Below, in pieces: positions 21,980 to 33,747 of a stretch of DNA of 64,000 nucleotides. Below the pieces are notes generated by a model that made no database searches, was not told the origin of the DNA, and saw only the letters and a list, made by a program, of their open reading frames with translations. The stretch is from Blastocladiella emersonii ATCC 22665. Its lineage: Eukaryota > Fungi > Blastocladiomycota. Positions within the stretch are counted from its first letter, which is position 1. Each line of letters opens with the position of its first letter. The stretch covers positions 434,001 through 498,000 of the forward strand of contig JANHCV010000007.1 in the NCBI GenBank assembly GCA_025594325.1, read 5' to 3'. The position numbers were made by a program, and so were the translations under genes.

Positions 21980-24900
21980 ATGAAGCAAAAGAAACCAAAG
22001 TCAAAGACTTCTAGCAAACCACGCGGTGCGGCCGGACCTGCTGCCCCTCGCCCGGCCGCGGCCTCGTCGGGTCCGCCATGCCCCACCGTCACCAGCGCGG
22101 CGCTCGTCCCTAACGACGCGGCGGATCCTTACTGCCCTTTTGGCCGCGACTACCCGCGCGACCTCTTTTTGGACTACAACCCGCGCACTTTCGTGCGCCT
22201 CGACGCCCTCGTCCTCCAGTGCGGCGACCTGCGCGACGTCGCGCACACGGTCGGCGAGGCGAAGCGCAAGTACGGCAAGTCGCTCATGGACTTTATGCTG
22301 AGCGACTCGCACCCCGAGGTGGTCGCCCGCAACTTGCTCGTGCTCAACGCCGTCGCCGACGGGCGGTCCAAGCTTCCTCGGGCCGTTCTGGAGCGGCACA
22401 TCGGGCAGCTTTCGTACTCGCTCTTGCTTGATGCCGACACGAACGACTTTTGGCGTACCCAGATGCGCGCTTGCCTCGACGTCAACTGGACGCGCGCGGC
22501 GGCTCCGGTCCGCGTCCTTAACGAAGACACGCTCCGCGCCGTTCGCCGTTGCTGGACGGCGTGGCTCTCTGCGGAATGGTCACCCGAGCGCCTTGCCGCC
22601 GAGCGTGATGCCACGAATCACGTCCAAGTTTCCGTCGACCACGTTTTGCGCCGCGCTCGAGGCGAGTTCGGCGAGCAACTGTTTATTCCTTCACTCGCGG
22701 AGAAGCTCGAGCGCGAGGTACGTCAGCTCGCTTCGGACGGCACCTTCTTCCTTGGTGCCACGAAATCGGCAGCTTCGAGCGCCAAGGGCAAGAAGCAGGC
22801 AGCCCGCGTTGTGAACCCGACGATGCTTCTCGTTTGCGAGGACGGCTCGCTGCGCTTCTCGGCCCCGCTTGGACTCACGCCGCTTGACGTCTTCCACCTC
22901 GACTTCGACGACATGTTGCCCAGCATGCAGAGGCAGTTTACTGACATGGTCGCTTCTCTCGTTGACGCTTTCGGTCCTGGCAGCCAGTCGCCGCGCAAGG
23001 GCGACTATGCGCCGATCGAGACTTGGGCCAAGAAGCCCCAGCCGGCGCTCTTCCAGTGCCGCATCACTTTTGCCGTCGGGCACCCGATCACCGTCATGGA
23101 ACAAATCGTTTCCCTGCCGCAACAGGAAATGTTCAAGCCGCCGCTTCGCTTCCACGTCATTCACACGGGCAACTTGATTGACACGTGCGGGCTTCTCAGC
23201 ATCCTTGTACACGCGTCGCCGCTGCTTGCGCCCAGCTTCGAGCATTCCCGCGGTCTCATTTGCATGTGGACCGAGCACATGCACGCCATCGCGACTTCGC
23301 GCCTCGACTACGTCCGTCGTGTGACGGGTCTTCCGCTTGCAGCGTTCCCGACGCTTCTTGGCGTGAATCTCTTGGAGCGCCCGACCGACGAGTACTGGAT
23401 GACGCACGTGTCGCGGTTCGCGTGGAGCGAGCCGCAGATCATGCGCCACGGCGGCCGCAGTCGCGAGGAGTTTACCTTCTACGGCCTCGAGTTCCCGTCC
23501 GTCCCGATCAGCCTCCGCGACTCGACTTTCCTTATTGACTCGCTTGTCAAGTGTGCCGAGGAGCTGCTTGGGCCCGAGTCCGCCGGTATCGCTGCTTACC
23601 CTGGTACGGCCGTTTTTTTTTTCACCCCTTTGCGGAGGAGCGATACTAACGAACGATCCGATGTAGCTGGACCTCGCGTTACGGGCGCCGTGTTCGCCAA
23701 GCTTCTCTTCCTCGCCATGGCGCAGGGCCGGCTGACCTGGACAGGTGCGCAGCGCGTTTCGAAGAACTCGCCGCTCCCCGACATGCGCGAGTTGTGGCGT
23801 GCAATCTGCATTCGCCCGTCTGTGACCATCTTCATGGCCGACATTTTGGCCCAAGCGCAGCTCTACGGCTTCCCCGTTGACGGAGCGTTGGGTGGCAAGA
23901 TTGTTTGCCGCGTCGAAGCCATTGTCGATCGCGACGCTGTGATCGCAGCTGGCGGGGATGGGCAATCCGTCATGTCGCTCAGGTATCTCGACGGAAACTA
24001 CAACGCGTTCGAGATCAAGAGCTTACTTGTGACGCCAATTGCGCAGGGCTCTCAACTCCGCATCACCGCTTATCTGCCGCTTGCGCATGTCGAAAGTTGG
24101 GCAGACAGCGGTGCGCCAGTCCTTCAGCTGCGCTTTAACCGCGCATCGGTCTCGTCCGCTTCACCCTCAACTTCCCTCACGCTCTCTGATCCGACGACCA
24201 CCAAGGTTCCGTTTGGCGCGTTTACGGGTGCGCTTGAGCCCATCATCGTTTACACCGGCCTCGCCATGATTTATACACCGATCAAGGGCGGACTCGGAGT
24301 TTCCCTTCGCCTCGCGCTCCATCCCGCCAAGGCAGTCGAGCGCGAAGATTCCGTCGAGCTCGTCCTCTCGCTGAAGCAGAGCCAGGAGCAGTACCGCATC
24401 GAGCGCAATGAGCTCGAGGAGCCTGGCGCGCACGGCGCGGTCGCTTTCTTTGTCGATGACAAGCTTCAGGTCATCCGCCTCGCGCCGTTCCTTGCGATCG
24501 AAGAGCTCAAGGTCGAGCTGAGCAAGCAGCGCGTCCGCTTCCTTCTCAAGCGCGTGCTCTCGCCCATAACGCTCAAACACCAGCTTACGCCAGTCGTGTC
24601 CTACTTGAGCGACTACTCGGACCGCTTCCCGGCCGGTGTCATTTCATCGCTCCAGCGGCGCGCCTTGCAGCACGTTGCCGACTTTGCAGCCACGTCGGAT
24701 GACCATCTTGCCATGACCATGGATCGCGGCTTGTCCTCCTTCGCGAGCAATCGGACGCGCGCGTCGCCCGCCGAGTCCGCAATTCACTTACGCGCTTTCT
24801 TCTCGTCGCTTTCCAGTCTCATTTTGCGCGGCATTCGCGTCGTGGAGGTGCACTTTGAGCAGCACAAGCACGTCGCTTTGTTGCTTCTCAACCGCGTTGC

Positions 24901-25432
24901 GCTCGTTCCGCCGCAGGACGCGTCGCGCAACTGGACGCCCGTGCTTGACTTTAGTTTCGCGCTCGACCCGTCGCGGCTCCAGGACCAGGTGCTCGAGCCG
25001 CCGGCGCCGTGGGCGAGCCGGCAGCTGATTCCGCAGGTCGCTGAGCACTACCGCCGTATCAACAAGGGCGACGACAGCGGCATTTTCTCGCTGACGCTGC
25101 CCGCGCCGCACTTTCCGAGCTTCCTCAACTGCCTTGACACGGGCTTCATCGCCGCGCCGAACAACGTGGTCACCAACGACTTTGGATTCGACGCTGACTT
25201 TTTTGACAAGTTGCGGCCGTGCCTGTACCGCACTTGCGTGCTGCCCGTGTTCCCGGGCCACGGCCAGCAGTACCGCGTCCCGATCCCGTCGCCGGCCGAG
25301 ATCGCGGCCGCCGCGGCCATGGCCGCAGCGAATGCCGCAGCGGACGCGCAGGCTAGCATGGAGTCCGATTCCGAGCCGACGAGTGAGCTCGACTTTGGCA
25401 TAGTTGACGATCGTTTGGTGGAGCTTGATTGA
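21980..25432 (+). CDS. DUF4470-like protein, paralog D, apparently intact (~1129 aa after removing in-frame intron 23604-23666)
   Basis: Uninterrupted ORF with VLQCGDLRDV..SDSHPEVVARNLL. 63-bp GTACGG..TACTAAC..TAG intron at the same position as in A. No C-terminal MYND zinc finger visible. Confidence 0.85.
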   Translation: MKQKKPKSKTSSKPRGAAGPAAPRPAAASSGPPCPTVTSAALVPNDAADPYCPFGRDYPRDLFLDYNPRTFVRLDALVLQCGDLRDVAHTVGEAKRKYGKSLMDFMLSDSHPEVVARNLLVLNAVADGRSKLPRAVLERHIGQLSYSLLLDADTNDFWRTQMRACLDVNWTRAAAPVRVLNEDTLRAVRRCWTAWLSAEWSPERLAAERDATNHVQVSVDHVLRRARGEFGEQLFIPSLAEKLEREVRQLASDGTFFLGATKSAASSAKGKKQAARVVNPTMLLVCEDGSLRFSAPLGLTPLDVFHLDFDDMLPSMQRQFTDMVASLVDAFGPGSQSPRKGDYAPIETWAKKPQPALFQCRITFAVGHPITVMEQIVSLPQQEMFKPPLRFHVIHTGNLIDTCGLLSILVHASPLLAPSFEHSRGLICMWTEHMHAIATSRLDYVRRVTGLPLAAFPTLLGVNLLERPTDEYWMTHVSRFAWSEPQIMRHGGRSREEFTFYGLEFPSVPISLRDSTFLIDSLVKCAEELLGPESAGIAAYPGTAVFFFTPLRRSDTNERSDVAGPRVTGAVFAKLLFLAMAQGRLTWTGAQRVSKNSPLPDMRELWRAICIRPSVTIFMADILAQAQLYGFPVDGALGGKIVCRVEAIVDRDAVIAAGGDGQSVMSLRYLDGNYNAFEIKSLLVTPIAQGSQLRITAYLPLAHVESWADSGAPVLQLRFNRASVSSASPSTSLTLSDPTTTKVPFGAFTGALEPIIVYTGLAMIYTPIKGGLGVSLRLALHPAKAVEREDSVELVLSLKQSQEQYRIERNELEEPGAHGAVAFFVDDKLQVIRLAPFLAIEELKVELSKQRVRFLLKRVLSPITLKHQLTPVVSYLSDYSDRFPAGVISSLQRRALQHVADFAATSDDHLAMTMDRGLSSFASNRTRASPAESAIHLRAFFSSLSSLILRGIRVVEVHFEQHKHVALLLLNRVALVPPQDASRNWTPVLDFSFALDPSRLQDQVLEPPAPWASRQLIPQVAEHYRRINKGDDSGIFSLTLPAPHFPSFLNCLDTGFIAAPNNVVTNDFGFDADFFDKLRPCLYRTCVLPVFPGHGQQYRVPIPSPAEIAAAAAMAAANAAADAQASMESDSEPTSELDFGIVDDRLVELD

Positions 25433-25907
25433 GTTTCCCGCAGATACATTGTTTTTGTTCAGTAACAGCTGTATCTATCGCGCAGTGACCATCCTGTTAG
25501 GGGGCGCTGTCCAATCTCGTGCTCTCTCAGTCGTGGTGCTCGCTGGCCTCGCGCAGGACGACAAAGGCGAGGAGGAGGGAGACGTGGGTGAAATCGGAAG
25601 TATTAGTTTCGCGCGGGAGATGACGTTCACGTTGATTTAAATCTTAGGGCGTTAGTGTTCCCGGTGGCTGCGAAGCCTACAGTTTAGTTATGCTGCTACC
25701 CATTGAGAAGGAAAGCCTGTCACCAAACCTGCACGAACTTTCGCGACAGGGCACCAGATTCGCGATGGCCGCGCGGAGAACAAGCGATTCAAGAAGTTCG
25801 AAGGTGATTACGGATTACCACTACAATGCTCATAACCGTTGAAGGTATCGCCCATTGCCTCATACGCAAGGAGCTGGTGTTAATGCTAGAATGACACGTG
25901 TATCCGA

Positions 25908-26551
25908 CTACTCTTCGTCGTCGCCCTCAGCTTCGCGTTTGTCTAACTCTCGAGGATCGACGTCGTTACGGCCCTCCGTCGTAAAGACGGGCGCGTCGGG
26001 GTCGCACAACCAGACAAACTCGCGCTTCCATTTGCCGCCAGCCCAGTCCTCGAGCCAATGGGGGTACGTGAGTGGAGCCTTGCGGCCAAGCGCGATCACG
26101 CGGTACTCGTGACGCAAGTCGGGCCGTTTCGTTGGAGAGAGCGCAAGTTAAGTTGCGTAAAAGCTTGTCAGAGTCAAAGTCCCAAATTCCTGGTCCAGCG
26201 TAAGTCTCAGCAATTGCGTCAATTGTCACAACATCAACGCGAAAGGTCGGTCTCAACGACACGCAGCCACACTGCGGGGTCCGGGTCGGTCAGCGGCGTA
26301 AGCGTAGGGATGACGAGGCGTTGCTGGGCGAAGAGAAGCAGGTCGAGATCCGGAGCAGAAGCGGAAGAGGCACCCAAGCCGGGTGTGGCAGGTTGAGTGT
26401 AAACTTGTGGGTATGGCCGTGGGTGCAGCTGCGTCGGCGCTGCGGCTCCATGGGGCGTTGGCGGCAGGAAGCCAGACCACCTGGGCGATGGGCCCGGAGG
26501 GTAGCCCTGATACATGTGCGCGTATTGCGCCGAGTCCCAGCGGTTTTCCAT
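25908..26551 (-). mobile_element. Possible degenerate retroelement gag remnant (frameshifted)
   Basis: Joining frames gives IPTLTPLTDPDPAVWLRVVETDL/FRVDVVTID..KLLRNLTCALSNETARL, resembling the gag N-terminal P..W...E..F..K....AL pattern. No pol or LTRs seen. Confidence 0.3.
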
Positions 26552-26665
26552 TCGTTTACATGGAGCGACGAGGGGAAGCGGGAGAGCTGAAGCTGGGCTG
26601 CCGGTCCAGCTTCGAGTCAAGCCGCCACACCACGTGCAACCCGTGCAGATGACCGACACGCACCG

Positions 26666-28189
26666 ATGAAACGCGGCCCTGTCTTCGCACTTGCGCTGTG
26701 GAGAGCCCTTGGACGCCCGCTCAGCGTTAACAGCAAAGTGCTCGTGAGCGCAGTCAGCAACGAGAATTTCGAGACCTTGGCCTGGTGGCGTCGGTCGGGG
26801 CTACCTTTCGAAGACCAGGATGTCCCGAGCTGGAGTACCGAAGCTTTGCGCATCTTTTTGGATATGGATCCTTCGTGGTACGGCACAGTTCGCGACACGC
26901 TCGGACTGGTACGTCTCCAAGTCTCACGAACCGCATGTGTTTTCCCCTGCTGACAATTCGCCACACCCAACAGAACTCGATCACCTGCGCTCCGGGCGAT
27001 TTGCTTGCTGCGCAGATGAGCAAGGACATTGCCTCGGGCGACACGCCGTGCCTGAAATTATCGGGTGCGCGTCTCAGCGAGGGCGGCGCACGTATTTTGG
27101 CCAACGCTTTCGCCAGCCCTAAACAACAAGTTGACGTGATCGAACTCCAGCAAATGTGCCTCTCGTACCCTGTGCTCGCGCAGCTTGCCTCTTCAAGCAA
27201 AGCGCGAACTTTTCGACTTCGCGGAAACTATTTTGTCGAGGACGTCGACGTCAGCGGCGAGAAGGAATCGTGCCCCAAGCAATGGCTTCCCAACACCGCC
27301 GAGGAGCTTCACCTTGTTGGCGGTCTAGGGTTTCAAAACCCCTCGCCCAAACCTTACCTCAGCCGTTTCCCCGCTTCGCTTCGCCACATCACGATCGAGT
27401 CTCTCGAATATGATTGCGAATACCTCCCGACTCTTGCTGCTGGGATTTCTCCTGGTCTTGTTTCCCTCTCGCTCACTGACGTTGGACTCGAGCCCGCCGA
27501 CTGCGATGCGATCATGGCCCACCTCCCGCCCACTCTGCAGAAACTCAAAATTCTCTGCGAAGGCACCCCGTTCGACTCAACCTGCGAGATTGTGGCCAAA
27601 TTGCCGCAGTCGCTCCTTGTTTTCCAACTGGAGATGTGCGATGTTGACGAATACGCGCTTCGACTCCTTGCAGCCCACATGCCGCCCGCGCTGGAGCAAC
27701 TCCACCTTGAATTGAGCGCATTCGAAGGAGACGACGTTTGCGAGCTTTTCGGTGGGCTCCCCAAGATTCTGCAAACCCTGACAAATCGTCAGCCTGCCCA
27801 ACTTCACTGACGGGTGTGCGACGGCCCTGGCGAACAACTTCCCGGCTGGTCTCACCTCGCTTACGCTTTATTGCGTGGAGCTGACGCCGGCCAGCGCCAT
27901 TTTGCTTGCTACCAATGCGCCGAAAACGCTCCAGGCCATTGACTTCAGTGGTAACCAAATCGGCTCGGAGGCCGCATTCGTCGTTTTCCAAATAACGCAT
28001 CTGTTCCTGCGCGAGATTTCCCTAACGTCGACAGGCCTTGACGACGCGTTTCTTGAGAAAATTGGCAACGAGCTGACCAAGTGCAACCGCCCAGCCTTGT
28101 CGACTCCACACATGGTTCTCGGAATGAACTCGTTCAGTGAGCTCGCGCTTGCAGCGATCGAGGGTCGCATCAAGTTTAGCGTTTTTTAA
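26666..28189 (+). pseudogene. Ankyrin-like plus RNI-like LRR protein; intron 26909-26973; +1 frameshift near 27783; 5' end degenerate
   Basis: TLAWWRRSGLPF (Avo2-like) followed by LRRs (LPPTLQKLKI, LPQSLLVFQL, MPPALEQLHL, LQAIDFSGNQIG). Removing one A from ACAAATC joins the two ORFs as LTIVSLPNF. Confidence 0.7.
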
Positions 28190-30297
28190 GCCCGCTCGGG
28201 CTATTGATCTTTTCTCTCGAACCCTCTTGTCGGAGCGCCGCCGAGCAAAACATATAAACACGAATGGTTTCAGTATTGCATCTCTCCTCTGATCCAGCGT
28301 TATTACGGGCACCATTCAGGTTGCGTGTAAGGCCGTGACAGCCCTGCAGATTTGTGGGCCATGAGCCGCGGGCGCGTTGCTGCTGTCAGTCGATCTCAAA
28401 GACACGAGCGTGGATGAGATGCCAGCAAATATGCATGTTTTTGGCCGTGATGGCCAGCTCACTCGAGTTTTGTGTTACGCGCGTCCACCGTCCTGCCGCC
28501 GACTCACACCTCGTGAAGCGGGCCGTGCCAACGCTCGCAGCGTAACTCGATCCCAACCTCAGCGTCGTAGCAATCGTCCTCACATCGTGCCGCGACTCTA
28601 GTCCGCGGTGGCGCAGCGAGCCAACCTGCACGCGATAGCGCCTTGCGTTGAGTAACTCGCGATGCAGCACAATGCGCGTCTTAACGGTGGCTCACGATGT
28701 GATACTCGTGGGTGGAGGGCCATCGGACGCGTACGCAAGGTCGTGGTCAGCCAAGCTCGTTGAGAGCTGGGTCACGGTGCCCGAGGTCGCCAAGGTGATA
28801 GTACAGCAGCAACCAGGAGCCAACTCATGCGAGTTGCTCGCCTGTAATCTCGAGGAATAAGAACATGTTTTTGCGAGCGCGTCTACGAAGAGCTCATAAA
28901 GTAGCAAGTCGAGGGGGCGTGCGGGTTCAAGGACGGGATGGGCACGGGAAGTCAGGCAGTCTTGCGATCGGCCGGGGAGCTCATCGAGCGGAGCATTTTT
29001 CGGACGGACGGGCAGCACTGGCTCAGCTTTCGCGCCAAGATGGCCAGAAGCTCAAAGAGGACGACGCGACGCTCATGTGCACGCGGCAGGGCTGTCGCGC
29101 GCGTCAGCGAGTTGGGTGACGTCATCGCGTGTGTGCGGAGCAGCACAGACGTTTGCGGCGACGATACCGGCGAAGGCGTCGTTGAAGCACGATCCGCTCG
29201 CTCTCGTCACTCTTCGCAATGTATCGACATCCTCAAGACCGCCTCGGGCTCGCGCGGTCGGCGTCGGACGCGCGGTCGCGACGTGGCCGAGGCCGAGCGG
29301 GCGGGCGCGTCGGCGGCCACCCGCGAGTCTGCTGCATGGTGTGCGAGTAGTTTTGCGGCAGGTGCAGCCGTCGAGCGGAGCGGAGGGGAGGAGAGCGAGG
29401 CCGATCGGCGACGAGGCGGTGGCAGCGGAAACGCTTGTGGGGGCGGCGTCTCGTCTCGCACCGGTGCTCTCCCTCATCAGCTCATCATCACTCGGCTCAT
29501 CAGCATCGGTTTCGCTCGCCCCTCCCTCGCGTCCGACTGCATCCGCTCAATACCGAGTCCATGACCGACCACGCCCGCGCCTCGGCGACCCGCCAGCGTG
29601 CTCGCCGCCCGCCCGCCCATCACTTTGCATCGAGTCCCTGCCGATCCATCATCGTCCTTCATCACCGTCTGCGGCTGCAGAGTTCGCGCGCGCACGCCGC
29701 TGACGCGTGCCGAAGCGGTCGCTGCTCGCGGCCGCGGTGGCGTGACAGCAGCCGACCACGGCCAGTCTCCGACCGCTCTCCTCTCCACCCTCAGCGACTT
29801 GCACGGCCGCTCTACTTCGTCATCACCCTGATACGTCCTCGGCCTCGCACGCTCGCGCCGCCCTTCACCACGCACCACGCACCGCGCGACGTGCTCACCG
29901 CCAGCACCCGCCGCCCGCCTCGTCCACGATGCCCTCGCCCTCGTCCACCCGTTCGCGCGACGTGTCTCCACCCGGGTGTCTCGCACGGCCACGACGCGTC
30001 GGGCACGTGCTGCTGCGGCCCACTGCACGTCTCGCGCGTGTCTCCGCCGCCACCGCCGCGACGCGTCGCGAGACACGGCCCGCTCGACGCGCCTCCGCAT
30101 CAACAACGACGACGGCAGTGGCGGCTGAGCTCGAGCATCGCGACGCGCCGGTGCCCGCGGGCGGACGGGGGCACCGCGCGCGCGCCTACAAGACCGCGTC
30201 GCTCCCCCGGCCTCCCTCCTCTCTCGATCCTCATGTCCTCACGACAGCCTCGAGAAGAAGAAGAAGAAGATCCCCAAAAAGTAGTACCACCGCCACC

Positions 30298-33200
30298 ATG
30301 CACCCCTTCGTGCTCGCCCTCGTCGGCGCGATGATGTTCGCGCTGCTCGCCTTCCAGGCCATGTTCAGCGTGTCCACCGTCGCCGCCGTCGCCCCGCTCC
30401 TCGCCCTCGGCAGCGCCACCCTGGCCATCGCCGCCGCGGCCGCCAACGTGTCGGTCGCCGTGTCCGTCTCCCTGCCCGCCCTCTGCCTCCTCCCCGTCCC
30501 TCTCGGTGTCGTCCCGGCGTGCATCCCCGCCCTGCCCAAGCTCATCGCGCCGGCGCCGGCCGTGTACAACTTGACGACCGACCTGGCCGCTATCGTCCCC
30601 GTTCCCGCCACGCGTCACACCAAGCCCGCCACCGCTGCCGTCGTTGTCGACCCGTTCATCGACCGCTACGCGCCGTTCATCGGTACGCCACCTCGACGCG
30701 TCTCCCACCCCCACGAGCCGCGCCACCCCACTCACCGTGACCCGTCCCGACGCGTATGTAGTCATCGGCCCAATCCGCCCCCGCAAGCCCAAAAAGTCGC
30801 CGCGCGACATGCTCGGCGTGTCCGAGGCCACGCTTCTGTGGTACCAGTTCCGCGCGCGGTGCCCGCTTGTCCACGACTACGAGCTCACGTCGCCCAGCCA
30901 GCTCGAGTGGGCGACCATCAAGTACAAGAGCGACTGGACGTGCTTCCGCCAGACCGACACGACCCGGCCCGCGTACACGATCATCGACCTGCTGCGCCGC
31001 CGCCTCCTGCGGCCCTTCCCGGCCCCGACGGCCACCACGGCCGGCCTCGAGGCCTTGTTCCCCGCGCCCGTCGCCCAGCCCATCACGACGCGCATCGTCG
31101 TCGGCGGCGTGCTCGAGCCCGTCCCGACTTCGCTCGTCGCCGCCATCCCCAAGCCCGCTGTCGCCGTCGCCACCATCCCGATCCCCTACGACGCCGACTC
31201 GGGCATCTGCAGCGCCCTGACCCCCGTCGAGCGCAAGGTGTACGCGCTGCTGTACGCGGCCATCGACCCGGTCCGCCAGCACGTCCTCGGGAACACGTTC
31301 CGCCACGTCAAGCTCAACATCAGCTTCCCGCGCCATGTCGTTCTCGCTTTCAGCACCGTCATCCTGCTTCTCCTGGCCACGTCGATCGTCATCCGCTACT
31401 ACCGCGTGTTAACCACCGCGTCGCACCGCGTGTATCCCCTCAACGAGCACATCGAGATCGAGTTCGAGGCCAAGGCCAAGAAGTCGGGTCGGACGGAAAC
31501 GACGTTTCTGGGTCTCGTCTTGCGCCACATGCTCACCATGTACCTTTCCTCCTTGCTGCCTGCTTCTCTCTTGGGACCCGATCACTGACTCGCACCCCAC
31601 TCGTCTTCTGTAGCGTCGCCGCTATCTGGGACCAGTACAGCCGGGCTCCGGCGGGGAAGCTCAGCGGCGCGACCACGCTCATGGCGCGCCGGGTCTCAGC
31701 GACGATTGTGTGCATGATAAACAAGGCGCTCAACGTGTACATAAAGAAGAGTAGCACCACCCGCGCGACCAAGACCCAAGGGTACGCACTCACCTCACTC
31801 GATCATCGCACGATGATGATTGTGACTGACAGCCTCTCACTCCCACTGTAGTCTGCGCGAGCTACTCCAAGGCTCTGGCCACATGTACATGATCAAGGCT
31901 GGCACCGACAACGCGACCATCATCTACAGGTACGCTTCTCCCTCTGCGAGGTCCGCGACTCGGGTACGACTGACAATCATCTCGCCACCCCATAGTTTGC
32001 ACCAGCCGCTCATCCAAGTCAACAAGGAAGACACGTACCACTACCAGGGCTTCGGCCGTTCGCGGCGGGCTCGACGCGTGGTCCTTGAGTGAGCGTCCCA
32101 GATAGCGGGGTCGCTCGTCAAGTTTGTGGTGGCTGCCGTGCTTGCACCAATGGCCGAGTGCGCGGCCGCCGCGGTCCGGGTGCTGGTCGCGGGCAACTCG
32201 CTCGCAGTCCAGATTATCACGCACCCGGTCCAGTCCATCATGTACGCGGTCAAGCTGATCCAGGTCATCATCGAGGCCGCGCGCTTCTTTGCGCCTGCGA
32301 TCGCCAAGTTCATTGCGTACCGCATGGCGGTCAAGGCGTCGCCGTCGTCGTTCTTGCAGCAGCGCGGCAAGGCCCACTCGGCCTCCGCTGGCACAGCAGC
32401 CACTGACATCAAGACCATGGTCGTGTACTTGGGTCCCACTACTCGCAGCAGCCGCAGCAGCTCACCGTTGTTGTTGTCGTCCGACGAGCAGCAGGTGGTT
32501 GGCAAGAAGGCACCAGCGCCTTCTCGCCGCGACAGTGCCATGGAGCTTGAGCAGTACAACCAGCTCGCCCACGCGCCGCACAAGTACCCAAGCGACACCA
32601 CGACCACGACCACAATGGTTGTTCGCACAACACCTCTTGGCACCAGGATGATGACGGGTCCCATCATCCCCGCCCCCATTGGCGTCGTCCCCGCCAAGCA
32701 GAAGGTCCTCCCTGTCACGCTCATCGCCACCATGCTGTTCATGCAGCAGCAGTACCAGGACGACGGGGAGGTCGAGCTCACCGAGGTCGTTGGCAAGCAC
32801 ATGGCACTGGCACCCACCACCACCATCCCCGCCCCAGTCGCCGCCGCCGTCTGCGATCTCGCCGCCCAGGAGCCCGAGCTGCCGTCGCGCGCGGCCAGCA
32901 CCGAGACGGCTCCCGCCGCTGTCTCGACTGCCACCGCCGCCGCCGCGACACCGCCGCCGCCGCGACGTCGACCATCAACCACATTGCCGACAAGACCATG
33001 ACCACGACCCAGGACCAGACCAAGATCAACGACTACCACTACCAGGAGCTGCAGTACCAGGAGGTCTCGCTCAAGGAGGAGCAGACCCAGCAGCTCGTCG
33101 TCGCCAAGAGCAACTCGACCCGCGGCACCGAGATGGAGGAGAAGGGGCAGGAGGCGCCCACGGTGCAGGTCAAGTCGATGGCCGTTGCGGTCGCCGCCAT

Positions 33201-33747
33201 GGTCGCCGCCGCCGAGGTCAAGGAGCACGAGGAAATCCGGACCCAGGTCATCATCACGCTCATGCACAAGCTGCAACGGGCCAAGTTCCACGTCGCCGCC
33301 CTCAAGGCGCAGCAGAAGCAGCAGCAGCAGCAGCAGCAGCTCCACGTCGTCGCCGCCATTGAGGCGACGCAGCGTCAGCTGCAGCAGCAGCAGCAGCAGG
33401 TCGTCCAGTACCACTCCGCGCCGCACGGGTTCGTGTACACGGACGCGCAGGTCGACGGCGCCGTGGACCAGTGGGAGGCCGAGGCCGAGGCCAATGACGA
33501 TGACGACGACGTGTCGGAGGCCGGCAGCACGGGCTCGGTCGAGACGGTCATCCCGCCGCCGCAGAACATCTGGTTCGCGCGCTACGTGCCCGCGCACAAG
33601 CAGGATCTCACCGCGTACGCGCTGACCAAGTGGCACCATTTCGCGCAGTGCGACGACACGGTCAAGGGCGTTGCCACGGTCATCTTCAACTTCTGCGTCA
33701 ACACCACCATCGACTACCTGTGGTACGAGATCTGCGGCGGCCAGTAG
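30298..33747 (+). pseudogene. Orphan multi-exon gene (introns 30683-30761, 31540-31613, 31782-31851, 31930-31995) with in-frame TGA at 32090-32092 and a 17-bp frameshifting duplication
   Basis: Four canonical introns keep frame. The frame continues unchanged past the TGA (VVLE*ASQIAG). ACCGCCGCCGCCGCGAC is duplicated at 32933-32966; removing one copy joins the 32126 and 32998 ORFs. Confidence 0.65.

Noticed and set aside
28676-28860. HDVILVGGGPS resembling an FAD-binding motif
   Set aside because: Lacks the third glycine, the ORF is short, and no further oxidoreductase sequence follows.
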